Assembly: GCA_016840065.1 (NCBI GenBank)
Contig: JAEOTB010000027.1
Span: 1 to 48,653 of the forward strand
DNA: 48,653 nucleotides
From: Candidatus Hermodarchaeota archaeon
GTDB lineage: Archaea; Asgardarchaeota; Hermodarchaeia; Hermodarchaeales; Hermodarchaeaceae
Reading direction: 5' to 3'
The notes beneath the pieces were generated by a model that was given only the letters and a program-made list of their open reading frames with translations, was not told where the DNA came from and did not search any database. The translations under genes were made by a program, and so were the position numbers. Shown one piece after another: positions 40,802 to 48,653 of this stretch; position 1 is the first letter of the stretch, and each line of letters opens with the position of its first letter.

Positions 40802-41635
40802 ATGCCTTTAGACGAGGAGATGCAGGCGATTGGCGTAAAAATTCGAGAAGCACATAGGCTGGAGATGGAGGGGAACATATCTGAAGCGGTGGAGATGTTT
40901 GACCAGATTTCAGAGAGGTTACTAGAATTAGCACAACGGGCTAAAGGTACATCTTTAGCGGGTGTTCTTGAACGCCGCGCTAGTCAGTTCGCTAGTAGCG
41001 CAGCTGTTCTACGTAGACAAATCGCAGGATCACAAGATAGACTAGCGACCCCAGAGCAGCAGGGCGTAGTGGACTTACACCTATTAAGAGGGTCTGCTGT
41101 AACTGCTCAACTTCTGAAATTGTTTCAATCTGCTCAGTATAGGATTTTGATTGCCGTGCACCAACTTCACGCAGTTGAGTTAGTAGTGGATGAGGCTGAA
41201 TTTGACGAGTCGTCACTGAATCTTCTTGTTCTGCTCAACGAGCTACATAAGAGAGGTATCAAAATCCGGGTCCTCACTACTCCACCTGTTCACCTAGTAG
41301 GCGTGTCAAGATGGAGGCAAGCAGATACCTTGCGCTCGCTAAAAGAGAGTAGCATTGAATTCCGGCTTTGTACTAGGTTGCATTTCAACAGTGTTCTTGT
41401 GGATGATACTGCTGTTTGGCGTGGTTCTGCGCCGCTCACAGCACAAGGCCTTTCAGGACTAGATGATGTGATAGAATTCTCAGTTTCAAAGTGGCTGATA
41501 TCCGTTTATTTAGACCTCTTTCGTTCTAGGTGGGAGCAAAGTGATCTATCGTGTATGCGTTGCTCTGAGAAGACATGCCAGAAGGATTTTCAGCCTGAAG
41601 ACCCTCGCCGTTCTTTTGAGCATAGAGGATTTTAG
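40802..41635 (+). CDS. MIT-domain + degenerate PLD-fold protein (MITD1-like architecture) with C-terminal Cys cluster
   Basis: N-terminal three-helix pattern REAHRLEMEGNISEAVEMF...LERRASQFASSAAVLR; PLD elements SAQYRILI, KRGIKIRVLT, LHFNSVLVDD, GSAPLT, FRSRW; CMRCSEKTC; GGAGGTG SD. Confidence 0.7.
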   Translation: MPLDEEMQAIGVKIREAHRLEMEGNISEAVEMFDQISERLLELAQRAKGTSLAGVLERRASQFASSAAVLRRQIAGSQDRLATPEQQGVVDLHLLRGSAVTAQLLKLFQSAQYRILIAVHQLHAVELVVDEAEFDESSLNLLVLLNELHKRGIKIRVLTTPPVHLVGVSRWRQADTLRSLKESSIEFRLCTRLHFNSVLVDDTAVWRGSAPLTAQGLSGLDDVIEFSVSKWLISVYLDLFRSRWEQSDLSCMRCSEKTCQKDFQPEDPRRSFEHRGF

Positions 41636-42309
41636 CCCTTTGATGTCAATAACTCTGTGTCCGATGTGTCAATCTGATGTGTGAAGGCTACTTTTAGGTA
41701 TCCCCGCTCTTCAGCATATCTTAGTATTTCTTCTAAACGGGTGAGAGTGATATGTAATTTTTCTGCAATTTTCGCTGCAGTATGCTTCCCATCAGAAAGA
41801 AGTATTACGAATATTGCGTCAACGCCAAACCGCTCTTCTAGGTCCAAACGAATCGGTGAATCCTTATAGAGTAGCCGTTCAAGAGAAGTCACCCTGACCG
41901 GCAATGGTTCTTTTTGAGGTTCGAATCCCACTAAACTATCGACATCCTGCTCAAACCTTCGAAGCAAAGCTCTAGCTTCAGGGCTTCCCCTAAGAGGCAT
42001 ACTAAGAAGAATGAGATTATCTTGAAAGTGCCGATAGAAAAGGTCCCGGAGAGCACTTAGCAAGTTACTGTATTGAGCATCTTTTTTCACACATGCTAGA
42101 AAGACTAAACCTGCATCAACAACATAAGTAAATGAAAGGTTTTCGAAGGCTATGTCTTGCAGCTGTCGCCCCATTAACTCCGATTGGAAATGAACAATAG
42201 CTGAGAAGAAGCTACTAAATAGTGTGGGATCGAATTCGAGGGGCGAATAGGCCTTATGAAAGAGCGGAATTCCACTGGCATCAATGACCCACACTGCGTG
42301 AACTGTCAT
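41632..42309 (-). CDS. Longin-domain protein with C-terminal winged helix
   Basis: VHAVWVIDASGIPLFHKAY...DPTLFSSFFSAIVHF longin start; C-terminal DGKHTAAKIAEKL...EERGYL wHTH. ATG 42309 avoids overlap with asnS. Confidence 0.72.
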   Translation of the reverse strand: MTVHAVWVIDASGIPLFHKAYSPLEFDPTLFSSFFSAIVHFQSELMGRQLQDIAFENLSFTYVVDAGLVFLACVKKDAQYSNLLSALRDLFYRHFQDNLILLSMPLRGSPEARALLRRFEQDVDSLVGFEPQKEPLPVRVTSLERLLYKDSPIRLDLEERFGVDAIFVILLSDGKHTAAKIAEKLHITLTRLEEILRYAEERGYLKVAFTHQIDTSDTELLTSKG

Positions 42310-42385
42310 AGACTCGATACCCCGCTCAAGGGAATCTAGAGCAGTATTCAACAATAAATCTTCCGCAATCGGTACACAAACGTGT

Positions 42386-43699
42386 TCAGGGTCGTAACCG
42401 GCTTGGGGTTCGAGGGAAAAGGCACGCTTCCCGTATATGTTTGAGGCCAAGTAGCCACACTAGACAACGCTCCAGACCCATTCCAAATCCAGCATGTGGT
42501 GGGAGACCAAATTCCCGTAGTTCAAGATACCAAGAATAAGAGCTGGGATCAAGTGCTTGCTCCTTAATTCGCTCCATGAGTTGATCTAAATCGTGGATTC
42601 GCTGTCCACCGCTAGTTAGTTCACCAAATCCAGCAGGAGCGATCAAATCGCTACTGAGGGTAACTTCGGGTCGGTCGGGATCAGGAAGATGATAGAAGCT
42701 ACGAGCCGCAGTAGGATAGCCCTTTATGAAGAATGGTTCCTTGAATTGCCTTGAAATCGCCCGCTCTACTTCTCTGCCGAAATCCTCACCCCACGAAACC
42801 TTGAAACCTTGTGTTGCAGCAATCTCGATGGCTTCGTCGTAGGTTATGCGTTTGAATGGAAGAGAAGGCACCTTGATCTTTACATCAAGCAAAGATAGTT
42901 GTCGTTTACACTTAGATTTGATATGCTTACAAATGGCGTGTACAAGTCGTTCCTCTACACCCATTATATCGTCATGGGTGGCGAATGTTAACTCTGCTTC
43001 TAGGTGCCAAAATTCTGTTAGGTGTCTTCGTGTGCGGTGTTTTTCTGCGCGAAAACTGGGGGCAATTAGATAAACCTTCTCAAGCCCACAGATTGCGGCT
43101 TCTTCGTATAATTGAGCGCTTTGACTTAGATAGGCAGTTCTCCCGAAATACTTCAGAGGGAAAAGAGTTGCACCGCCTTCGACACTAGCTGAAACTAGGA
43201 TTGGTGGAAAGATTTCAGTGAATCCCTCATTATCTAAGTGTAGATGGGCAGCACGGCTTATCTCTGCCTTAATCTGCATAATCGCCGTTTGACTTGGACT
43301 TCGTATGTACAAATGGCGCTTATCATATAGAAAGGCGTCCCCGGCATCTTTTTCTAATGGCCACTCAGGGTCTGCTAGGCTCACTATCTCAAAACTTGTC
43401 ACGTGGATTTCGATTCCAGTAGGTGCCCGTTTATCAACGAAGACCTTCCCTGTTACTCGGATAGAAGACTCCAGCGTAACTTGTTGCATCGCTTCAAACG
43501 CAGCTGGCGATATTTGCTTACGATGCCCCGCCACTTGGACAGTTCCAGTAGAATCTCGGAAGATGATGAAAATTACTCCACCGTGTTCCCGTTTCCGGTG
43601 AACGAAACCAGTCAATGTCACAATCTCATCTGTGCTGGAGCTGTCAAGCTCACTAACAAAGTGGCTTTTCTCAAATGTTTTCAATACCTTGCTTGTCAA
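42386..43699 (-). CDS. asnS: Asparaginyl-tRNA synthetase
   Basis: OB anticodon domain, EGGATLF, YLSQSAQLYEE, FRAEKHRTRRHLTEFWHLEAE, PHAGFGMGLER, FPR. Confidence 0.92.
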   Translation of the reverse strand: MTSKVLKTFEKSHFVSELDSSSTDEIVTLTGFVHRKREHGGVIFIIFRDSTGTVQVAGHRKQISPAAFEAMQQVTLESSIRVTGKVFVDKRAPTGIEIHVTSFEIVSLADPEWPLEKDAGDAFLYDKRHLYIRSPSQTAIMQIKAEISRAAHLHLDNEGFTEIFPPILVSASVEGGATLFPLKYFGRTAYLSQSAQLYEEAAICGLEKVYLIAPSFRAEKHRTRRHLTEFWHLEAELTFATHDDIMGVEERLVHAICKHIKSKCKRQLSLLDVKIKVPSLPFKRITYDEAIEIAATQGFKVSWGEDFGREVERAISRQFKEPFFIKGYPTAARSFYHLPDPDRPEVTLSSDLIAPAGFGELTSGGQRIHDLDQLMERIKEQALDPSSYSWYLELREFGLPPHAGFGMGLERCLVWLLGLKHIREACLFPRTPSRLRP

Positions 43700-43764
43700 G
43701 GGAAACCCACCAAGAGCAGAAGTTCAACACGCTCAAGGATTATATCAAGCTGAGTTCATCCGGT

Positions 43765-44322
43765 TTATGCTTGGCGTTTGCGCGTATACTCTAACATCTG
43801 CTTTGCGATGTACTCAAAAACGGAGTCCACATTAATGTTCTCCTTCGCACTGGTCTCAAAATAAGCCTTCAACCCTTGGCTCTGAGTGAACTCGATAGCT
43901 TCTTTCTGATCTACCGCACGTAACAGGTCCGCCTTCATCCCAACCAAGATAACCGGAACACTCTCAGTATTACTCCGAATCATAGTTAGCCACTCGGATA
44001 ACTTAAGAAAAGTACTAAACCTCGATAAATCAAACGAAAGAATAGCGCCCCGCGCACCTACACAGAATTTAGGCAACATAGAACGAAAACGCTTCTCGCC
44101 AGCAAAGTCCCACAATTGCAGCTTCAAGGGACTTTGTTGCCCCTGTCCATCGTCTACTACTATTCGTTTCGCTGCGAAAGCCGTTCCAACGGTCAAAATA
44201 CTATCGTGGTAAACTCCTTCGACAAAGCGGCGTACGAAGGTGGTTTTTCCGACTCCGCCTTCACCTGCAATTATCAGTTTAAGCAAAGTTCCTTCTGATG
44301 TCACGTTTGTCTGCTTCCACAC
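43765..44322 (-). CDS. Rab-like small GTPase (Ras superfamily)
   Basis: G1 GEGGVGKT, G2 TVG, G3 LQLWDFAGE, RFRSM, G4 MKAD, G5 ETSAK; no C-terminal Cys. Confidence 0.9.
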   Translation of the reverse strand: MWKQTNVTSEGTLLKLIIAGEGGVGKTTFVRRFVEGVYHDSILTVGTAFAAKRIVVDDGQGQQSPLKLQLWDFAGEKRFRSMLPKFCVGARGAILSFDLSRFSTFLKLSEWLTMIRSNTESVPVILVGMKADLLRAVDQKEAIEFTQSQGLKAYFETSAKENINVDSVFEYIAKQMLEYTRKRQA

Positions 44323-44406
44323 TCTCTTACAGTTTGAATTGGTAAGAGGTCTTAAAAAATTGTTGCAATGGTCCTAGAAACCCCCTATTTAGAGTGGTAA
44401 TCCTCT

Positions 44407-45612
44407 CTAATGTGTGAACCGTGCGCGTAATTCAGCAATAATCCCTCTCCCGAGGGATTTGAGTGGGTTCCGGAGAAGCCGGTAGTAATCAGTTTGACCA
44501 GTTGCAATGTCTTTAACGAGCCTATCCAAACCTCGGATGTGCCGCAGTAGCTTGAAACCTCCATAAAGATGATTGTGGACAGTCATTGCAACAGAACGGC
44601 TGAATCGTAGTTCTTCACCAAAACGGCGTTGTGCTACTTTCGTGTACTCTCCTAGTGCTTTTTCACTGAAGTTTTGCTTGTTAATTGCCTTGGTGGTTGT
44701 GCGTCCTGCAAGAATACCGCTTTCTACTGCGTAGCAGAGGCCTTGCCCTGAAAAGACATCCACAAAACCCGCTGCGTCTCCAACTAGGAGTAGTCGATTC
44801 GCAACAAGAGGTCTTTCGAAGCCGGTGGCAGGAAGCGGATGACCAACAATTTTTTGGAGCGGTGGAATTCGTATGCCTGTTTGCCGCGCATACCATCTAG
44901 CGAAGATACGTAACTTCCCAGGTAAACCATGTAGCTGACTTGCCACTCCTCCAAGCCCCAGAGAAAGACCCGCTCTACGAGGAAATGCCCAAAAATATCC
45001 TAGCGGGATATTCAGAAAGTAAAGAGCAAGAACGTTTGGGTTGATTTTTTGCTCCAGCTCCTTTTTCGGGATTGGAACATCTACCTCAACTGCGACGCCT
45101 GTGAATTCAGGTTTTAGAGGTCCCCTAAGACCTGCAGCCCGAGCGACACGACCTCCAACACCATCGGCGCCTATGAGTATCTTCCCCCTGAATTCCCCCT
45201 GTTTTGTGTGACAAGCAATCCAGTTCTCCGCCCACTCGACATTGCTTACTCTGTGCCCGTCCAGAAACCTCACTCCCGCGTCAATGGCCTTTTGAGCTAG
45301 AAAGTGATCGAATTTGCTTCGTATTACGGTACATCCAAGAGAGGAATTGGCGCGGATATTAATTGGGTGAAGGTCAGGACCCACCAGTTTAAACCCAAGA
45401 ATCTTCCTCTCAACCACAGACGCTGGTAGGTCTACGCCTATTGTTTCAAGTAAACGCAGCGTACGAACTGAAAGCCCTCCTCCGCAGGGTTTAACCCGCG
45501 GGAATACTGCCTTATCTAGTAGGAGAACATCTAACCCTGCTTTAGCACAAACATTCGCAGCAGTCGATCCAGCTGGACCAGCACCGACCACCACAACGTC
45601 GTATGTTTTCAC
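44407..45612 (-). CDS. Geranylgeranyl reductase family FAD-dependent oxidoreductase
   Basis: GAGPAGS, KPCGGG, IGADG, PLGYFWAFP (PxxYxWxFP-like), VGDAAG. Confidence 0.88.
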   Translation of the reverse strand: MKTYDVVVVGAGPAGSTAANVCAKAGLDVLLLDKAVFPRVKPCGGGLSVRTLRLLETIGVDLPASVVERKILGFKLVGPDLHPINIRANSSLGCTVIRSKFDHFLAQKAIDAGVRFLDGHRVSNVEWAENWIACHTKQGEFRGKILIGADGVGGRVARAAGLRGPLKPEFTGVAVEVDVPIPKKELEQKINPNVLALYFLNIPLGYFWAFPRRAGLSLGLGGVASQLHGLPGKLRIFARWYARQTGIRIPPLQKIVGHPLPATGFERPLVANRLLLVGDAAGFVDVFSGQGLCYAVESGILAGRTTTKAINKQNFSEKALGEYTKVAQRRFGEELRFSRSVAMTVHNHLYGGFKLLRHIRGLDRLVKDIATGQTDYYRLLRNPLKSLGRGIIAELRARFTH

Positions 45613-45791
45613 GCATTAGTATTTTTACTGATAACTCAAAAAGTTACCTTGACTTCCTTGAGAAGATACAAGACGAACTTGTTTCGTGCTTCTGTGAGTA
45701 ATAAACCGCTTCAGATTTATTTTTCAAGGATGCAAAGGCTTTTAGTATTCAAGGATATGCTCAAAAAACAGACCCTTTGGTGGTATTCTCG

Positions 45792-46958
45792 ATGTCTGTT
45801 GATGAAGAACTAATGCTCTTGATGATTCCTGGTCCAGTGCCCGTGCACCCGCGTGTTTACCGTGCCATGTCCCGGGTATTGTATGGGCATCGCACAAAGG
45901 AATATCAGAGCCAGTATAAGGACACTGTAGAACTCCTTAAGCGATTACTGCATACGAAGCAAGATGTATACCTCTTTGCGGGTTCTGGAACCGCGGCGAT
46001 GGAGGCAGCCATAGCGAACGTACTAGAACCCGGAGAAAAAGTGTTGAATGTGGTGAACGGTAAGTTCAGTGAACGCTGGAATGATTTATCAAAGGCTTAC
46101 GGTGTAGAAGCAGCCCAAATAGAATATGAATATGGCCAAGCTGCGAAACCCGAGGCAATAGCCGAAGCGCTGGAGGCTGATGAAGACATCAGGGCTGTTA
46201 CAATCTGCCACAATGAAACTTCAACAGCAGTTCTAAATCCAGCAGAAGAAATTGGACGAATAGTCCGAAAACATGACCGGCTTCTGATAGTGGATGGAAT
46301 TACCTCAGTCGGCGGCGACCATGTTTATCCTGACAAATGGGGTTTTGACGTATTGGCTACTGGTAGCCAGAAATGTCTTGGTGTACCTCCAGGACTGGGT
46401 GCTATTTGGGTTGGTTCGAGAGGATGGGAAAAAATCCAATCTCGAAAGAAGAAGCTTCCAAGTTACTACTTTGATCTTGTTAAATCGAAGAAAAGGTACG
46501 ATGGTAGCGGCGATTCACCATTCACTTCTGCTGTCAGCCTTCTATATGGTCTTCATGAATCACTAACAATGATGTTTGAAGAGGGTTACGAGCAACGAGT
46601 TGAACGGCACAGACGACTTGGCAGAATTACCCGAGCAGGATACTTGGGCATGGGCTTGGAACTACTCGCAGATCCGAAACACTACTCGAATACGGTAACT
46701 GCGGTCAAATATCCTCCTGGAATTAAAGATTCCGAGTTCAGAAGCCTCATTCGCAAATTTGGTGTCCTTATTGCTGGTGGCCAAGGTCCGGTGAAAGGTA
46801 AAATCTTCCGTACGAATCACATGAACATCTGTATAGAAAGAGATGTTTTAACTACTATGTCACTCATCGAGATTACATTGAAGCAGCTTGGCTATCCTGT
46901 GTCTTTAGGCTCTGGCGTGTCAGCTGCTCAAGAACAGATGCTAAAGGAATTCGATTAG
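45792..46958 (+). CDS. Class V PLP aminotransferase (serine-pyruvate/alanine-glyoxylate family)
   Basis: MIPGP, GSGTAAMEAA, HNETST, VDGITS, GSQKCLGVPPGL. Confidence 0.9.
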   Translation: MSVDEELMLLMIPGPVPVHPRVYRAMSRVLYGHRTKEYQSQYKDTVELLKRLLHTKQDVYLFAGSGTAAMEAAIANVLEPGEKVLNVVNGKFSERWNDLSKAYGVEAAQIEYEYGQAAKPEAIAEALEADEDIRAVTICHNETSTAVLNPAEEIGRIVRKHDRLLIVDGITSVGGDHVYPDKWGFDVLATGSQKCLGVPPGLGAIWVGSRGWEKIQSRKKKLPSYYFDLVKSKKRYDGSGDSPFTSAVSLLYGLHESLTMMFEEGYEQRVERHRRLGRITRAGYLGMGLELLADPKHYSNTVTAVKYPPGIKDSEFRSLIRKFGVLIAGGQGPVKGKIFRTNHMNICIERDVLTTMSLIEITLKQLGYPVSLGSGVSAAQEQMLKEFD

Positions 46959-47089
46959 ACAATAAGCAACAAAATCTCCTCAAGCGTAACCTCCTTATCT
47001 GGAGGTCAAGGGTGTCTCGCGACAGTATTGAAGGGAGTGGTCGCCATCTTAATTAAGAGGAAGATGAAACTATTCCTCTAGGCTCCAAT

Positions 47090-47106
47090 TTACATAATGA
47101 ATGTAA
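47090..47106. promoter_or_regulatory. Inverted repeat TTACAT-N5-ATGTAA, possible operator upstream of the TrmB-wHTH gene
   Basis: Perfect 6-bp arms with 5-nt spacer, 23 nt before the start codon. Confidence 0.3.
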
Positions 47107-47129
47107 GTTCGAAAAAGTGGTGAAAAGAT

Positions 47130-48653
47130 TTGGTGCCACAAGAACATGAAAAACCCACTAGAACACCAGAAAGAATTCAGCATGGAAAAGTTCTATCGGA
47201 AATATTACAGAACCAATTCCGTTTATCTGCTCCTGAAGCAGAGGCCTATATATCACTACTTCTGATGGGACAGCTAACACCAAGCGAAATATCCTATTAT
47301 TCAGGTCTTTCCCAAGAGAAGGTTGACACGGCTCTCAAATCACTTTCAGAGAAACGGTTAGTAAGGATTGCTGGTGGGATTGTAAATCGGTATTTCGCCT
47401 TGGCACCTTACAAGATTTTCGCCAATTCAATTCAAGATTTTCAAACAAAGATAGCCACCCTCCAAAAGAGTCTCTTAGCAAATCAGGAGAAAGCGACAAC
47501 TGGCATAGAAACGAGGCTAGAGCAGATTGCAGCTAGGATAATTCAAGACATGAAAGATTGGAGAACTGCCCAGAATACAACCCTTGTAGATACATGTAGT
47601 TCAGCGAGTAACATGTTGGAAACCGCCGCTCAAGAGCTACATGGTCTATTGACACAGTTTTCAGATACCAGTAGTGACAAACTTTCAATGAAAACACAAC
47701 AAGCTTTACAGATTTTCCAGAAAACCATTATCAAAGGAATGAAGCAGCTACAGGATACCCTAACAAAGAACCTCAGCACAGGTCACCAAGAAATATCTAA
47801 ACAGGGTAAAACTTCGGAAGAATGTTTGACAACTGCAAGCGCTAGACTTCTAAAGTACCTGGATACAGTATCTACTAATCTAAAAGAACAATTTCGCATC
47901 TCCAAAGCTTCAATTGTAAATGTTACGGAAACCAGCACCAGCGATATCAGAAGCAATTTCACATCAACACAAAAACAAATGCAAAAGGAAGTTCAACAAG
48001 TCGTTACTGAAGTAACAGAAATGATTGAAGGCTTTGAGGAGCAACAAACCAAAACTATCAGTGACTGGCAGAAACAGCAAACTCGGATAATATCAGCCAT
48101 CACAAAACGAGTTAACCAGCAAATAAGGGAATCGGGAAGACAAAGATTAGAATTATTAGACCAGCTAGTATCAAAGATTGGGGAAGCCCATCGTGAGGAA
48201 CATGAACAATTAATCCAGTTTTCAAAACAAACCACCACAGAGATAGATTCCTCAATTAACAAATCAAGACAAGAATCTATTGAAATTGGCGACCTCCTCT
48301 CAAAGAGCCTTCAAAAAGCAATCACAGAATATTCACAAAGCTTGAAACAGCTTAAGGCAGAAAATACAATCACCCAATTTTCTCCTGAAACACTAACGAC
48401 TACTCACTTAACTAAAATTAAAGAATCCTTGACAAAACTCACACAACAAGCATCAGAGGAATATGAGAAACTACTAGACTCAGTAAACGAAACACTCGGT
48501 GCGCGAGTAAGTCGAGCTTATCTAGACCAGTTGGCTGCGCTGCGAACTCTATTGGAAGAACTCCAACAGGACCTATCAAAGCAGCAGTCAGCTCTTACCG
48601 AGAATATCGAAAGCATAGCCAACCAAGTCACAACCGAAACATCCACACAAATA
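47130..48653 (+). CDS. TrmB-type wHTH protein with long helical/coiled-coil region (runs off window; absent from ORF track)
   Basis: GGTGA SD then TTG; FRLSAPEAEAYISLL.MGQLTPSEIS..SGL...VDTALKSLSEKRLV...YFALAPY, followed by a long Q/E/K/S/T-rich helical stretch; in frame at the window end (508 codons). Confidence 0.8.
   Translation, partial: MVPQEHEKPTRTPERIQHGKVLSEILQNQFRLSAPEAEAYISLLLMGQLTPSEISYYSGLSQEKVDTALKSLSEKRLVRIAGGIVNRYFALAPYKIFANSIQDFQTKIATLQKSLLANQEKATTGIETRLEQIAARIIQDMKDWRTAQNTTLVDTCSSASNMLETAAQELHGLLTQFSDTSSDKLSMKTQQALQIFQKTIIKGMKQLQDTLTKNLSTGHQEISKQGKTSEECLTTASARLLKYLDTVSTNLKEQFRISKASIVNVTETSTSDIRSNFTSTQKQMQKEVQQVVTEVTEMIEGFEEQQTKTISDWQKQQTRIISAITKRVNQQIRESGRQRLELLDQLVSKIGEAHREEHEQLIQFSKQTTTEIDSSINKSRQESIEIGDLLSKSLQKAITEYSQSLKQLKAENTITQFSPETLTTTHLTKIKESLTKLTQQASEEYEKLLDSVNETLGARVSRAYLDQLAALRTLLEELQQDLSKQQSALTENIESIANQVTTETSTQI

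Noticed and set aside
39023-41635. Helicase + PLD nuclease as a DISARM/restriction-like defence system
   Set aside because: HKD motif is degenerate, genes are divergent, no DNA methylase nearby, and the helicase is XPB-type with Bax1.
42310-42450. Track's longer N-terminus for the longin protein
   Set aside because: Overlaps the asnS 3' end; the longin fold starts at ATG 42309 behind a G-rich SD-like motif.
332-48262. Many 60-170 aa ORFs antisense to or nested in larger genes (e.g. 332-778, 1784-2206, 22372-22878, 47993-48262)
   Set aside because: They overlap well-supported CDSs and show no motifs; shadow ORFs.
1-48653. Sec/Pyl read-through, CRISPR arrays, tRNA/rRNA, transposases
   Set aside because: No gene appears interrupted by an in-frame TGA/TAG, and no repeat-spacer pattern, RNA gene or transposase motif was seen by eye.

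Overview
Archaeal genomic window, most likely Asgard archaea (inference from a Rab-like GTPase, a longin-domain protein, a MIT-domain protein, archaeal-type PheS/PheT and AsnRS, a geranylgeranyl reductase, and GGAGG/GGTGA Shine-Dalgarno motifs). Bases 1-30.9 kb are a surface-glycosylation island: WecC/WecB-like UDP-amino-sugar enzymes, a GMD/RMD-like enzyme, two SDR epimerases, nine GT4 and two GT2 glycosyltransferases, a flippase, a methyltransferase and two GT-C-like membrane proteins (one fused to LamG). The island is interrupted by a TPR-CHAT (caspase-fold) gene, a dUTPase and a THEP1 NTPase. The rest holds pheT-pheS, an XPB-Bax1(DUF790) pair separated by a PIN+helical-repeat protein, asnS, GGR, a class V aminotransferase and a 3'-truncated TrmB-wHTH/coiled-coil gene. 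The most notable signal is a MIT + degenerate-PLD protein with the architecture of the eukaryotic ESCRT-III partner MITD1, clustered with a longin-wHTH protein and a Rab-like GTPase. Three genes appear to start at non-canonical codons (CTG, ATA/CTG, ATT) missed by the ORF track. No rRNA, tRNA, CRISPR array or transposase was recognised. All family calls are from motif recognition by eye, not database searches.
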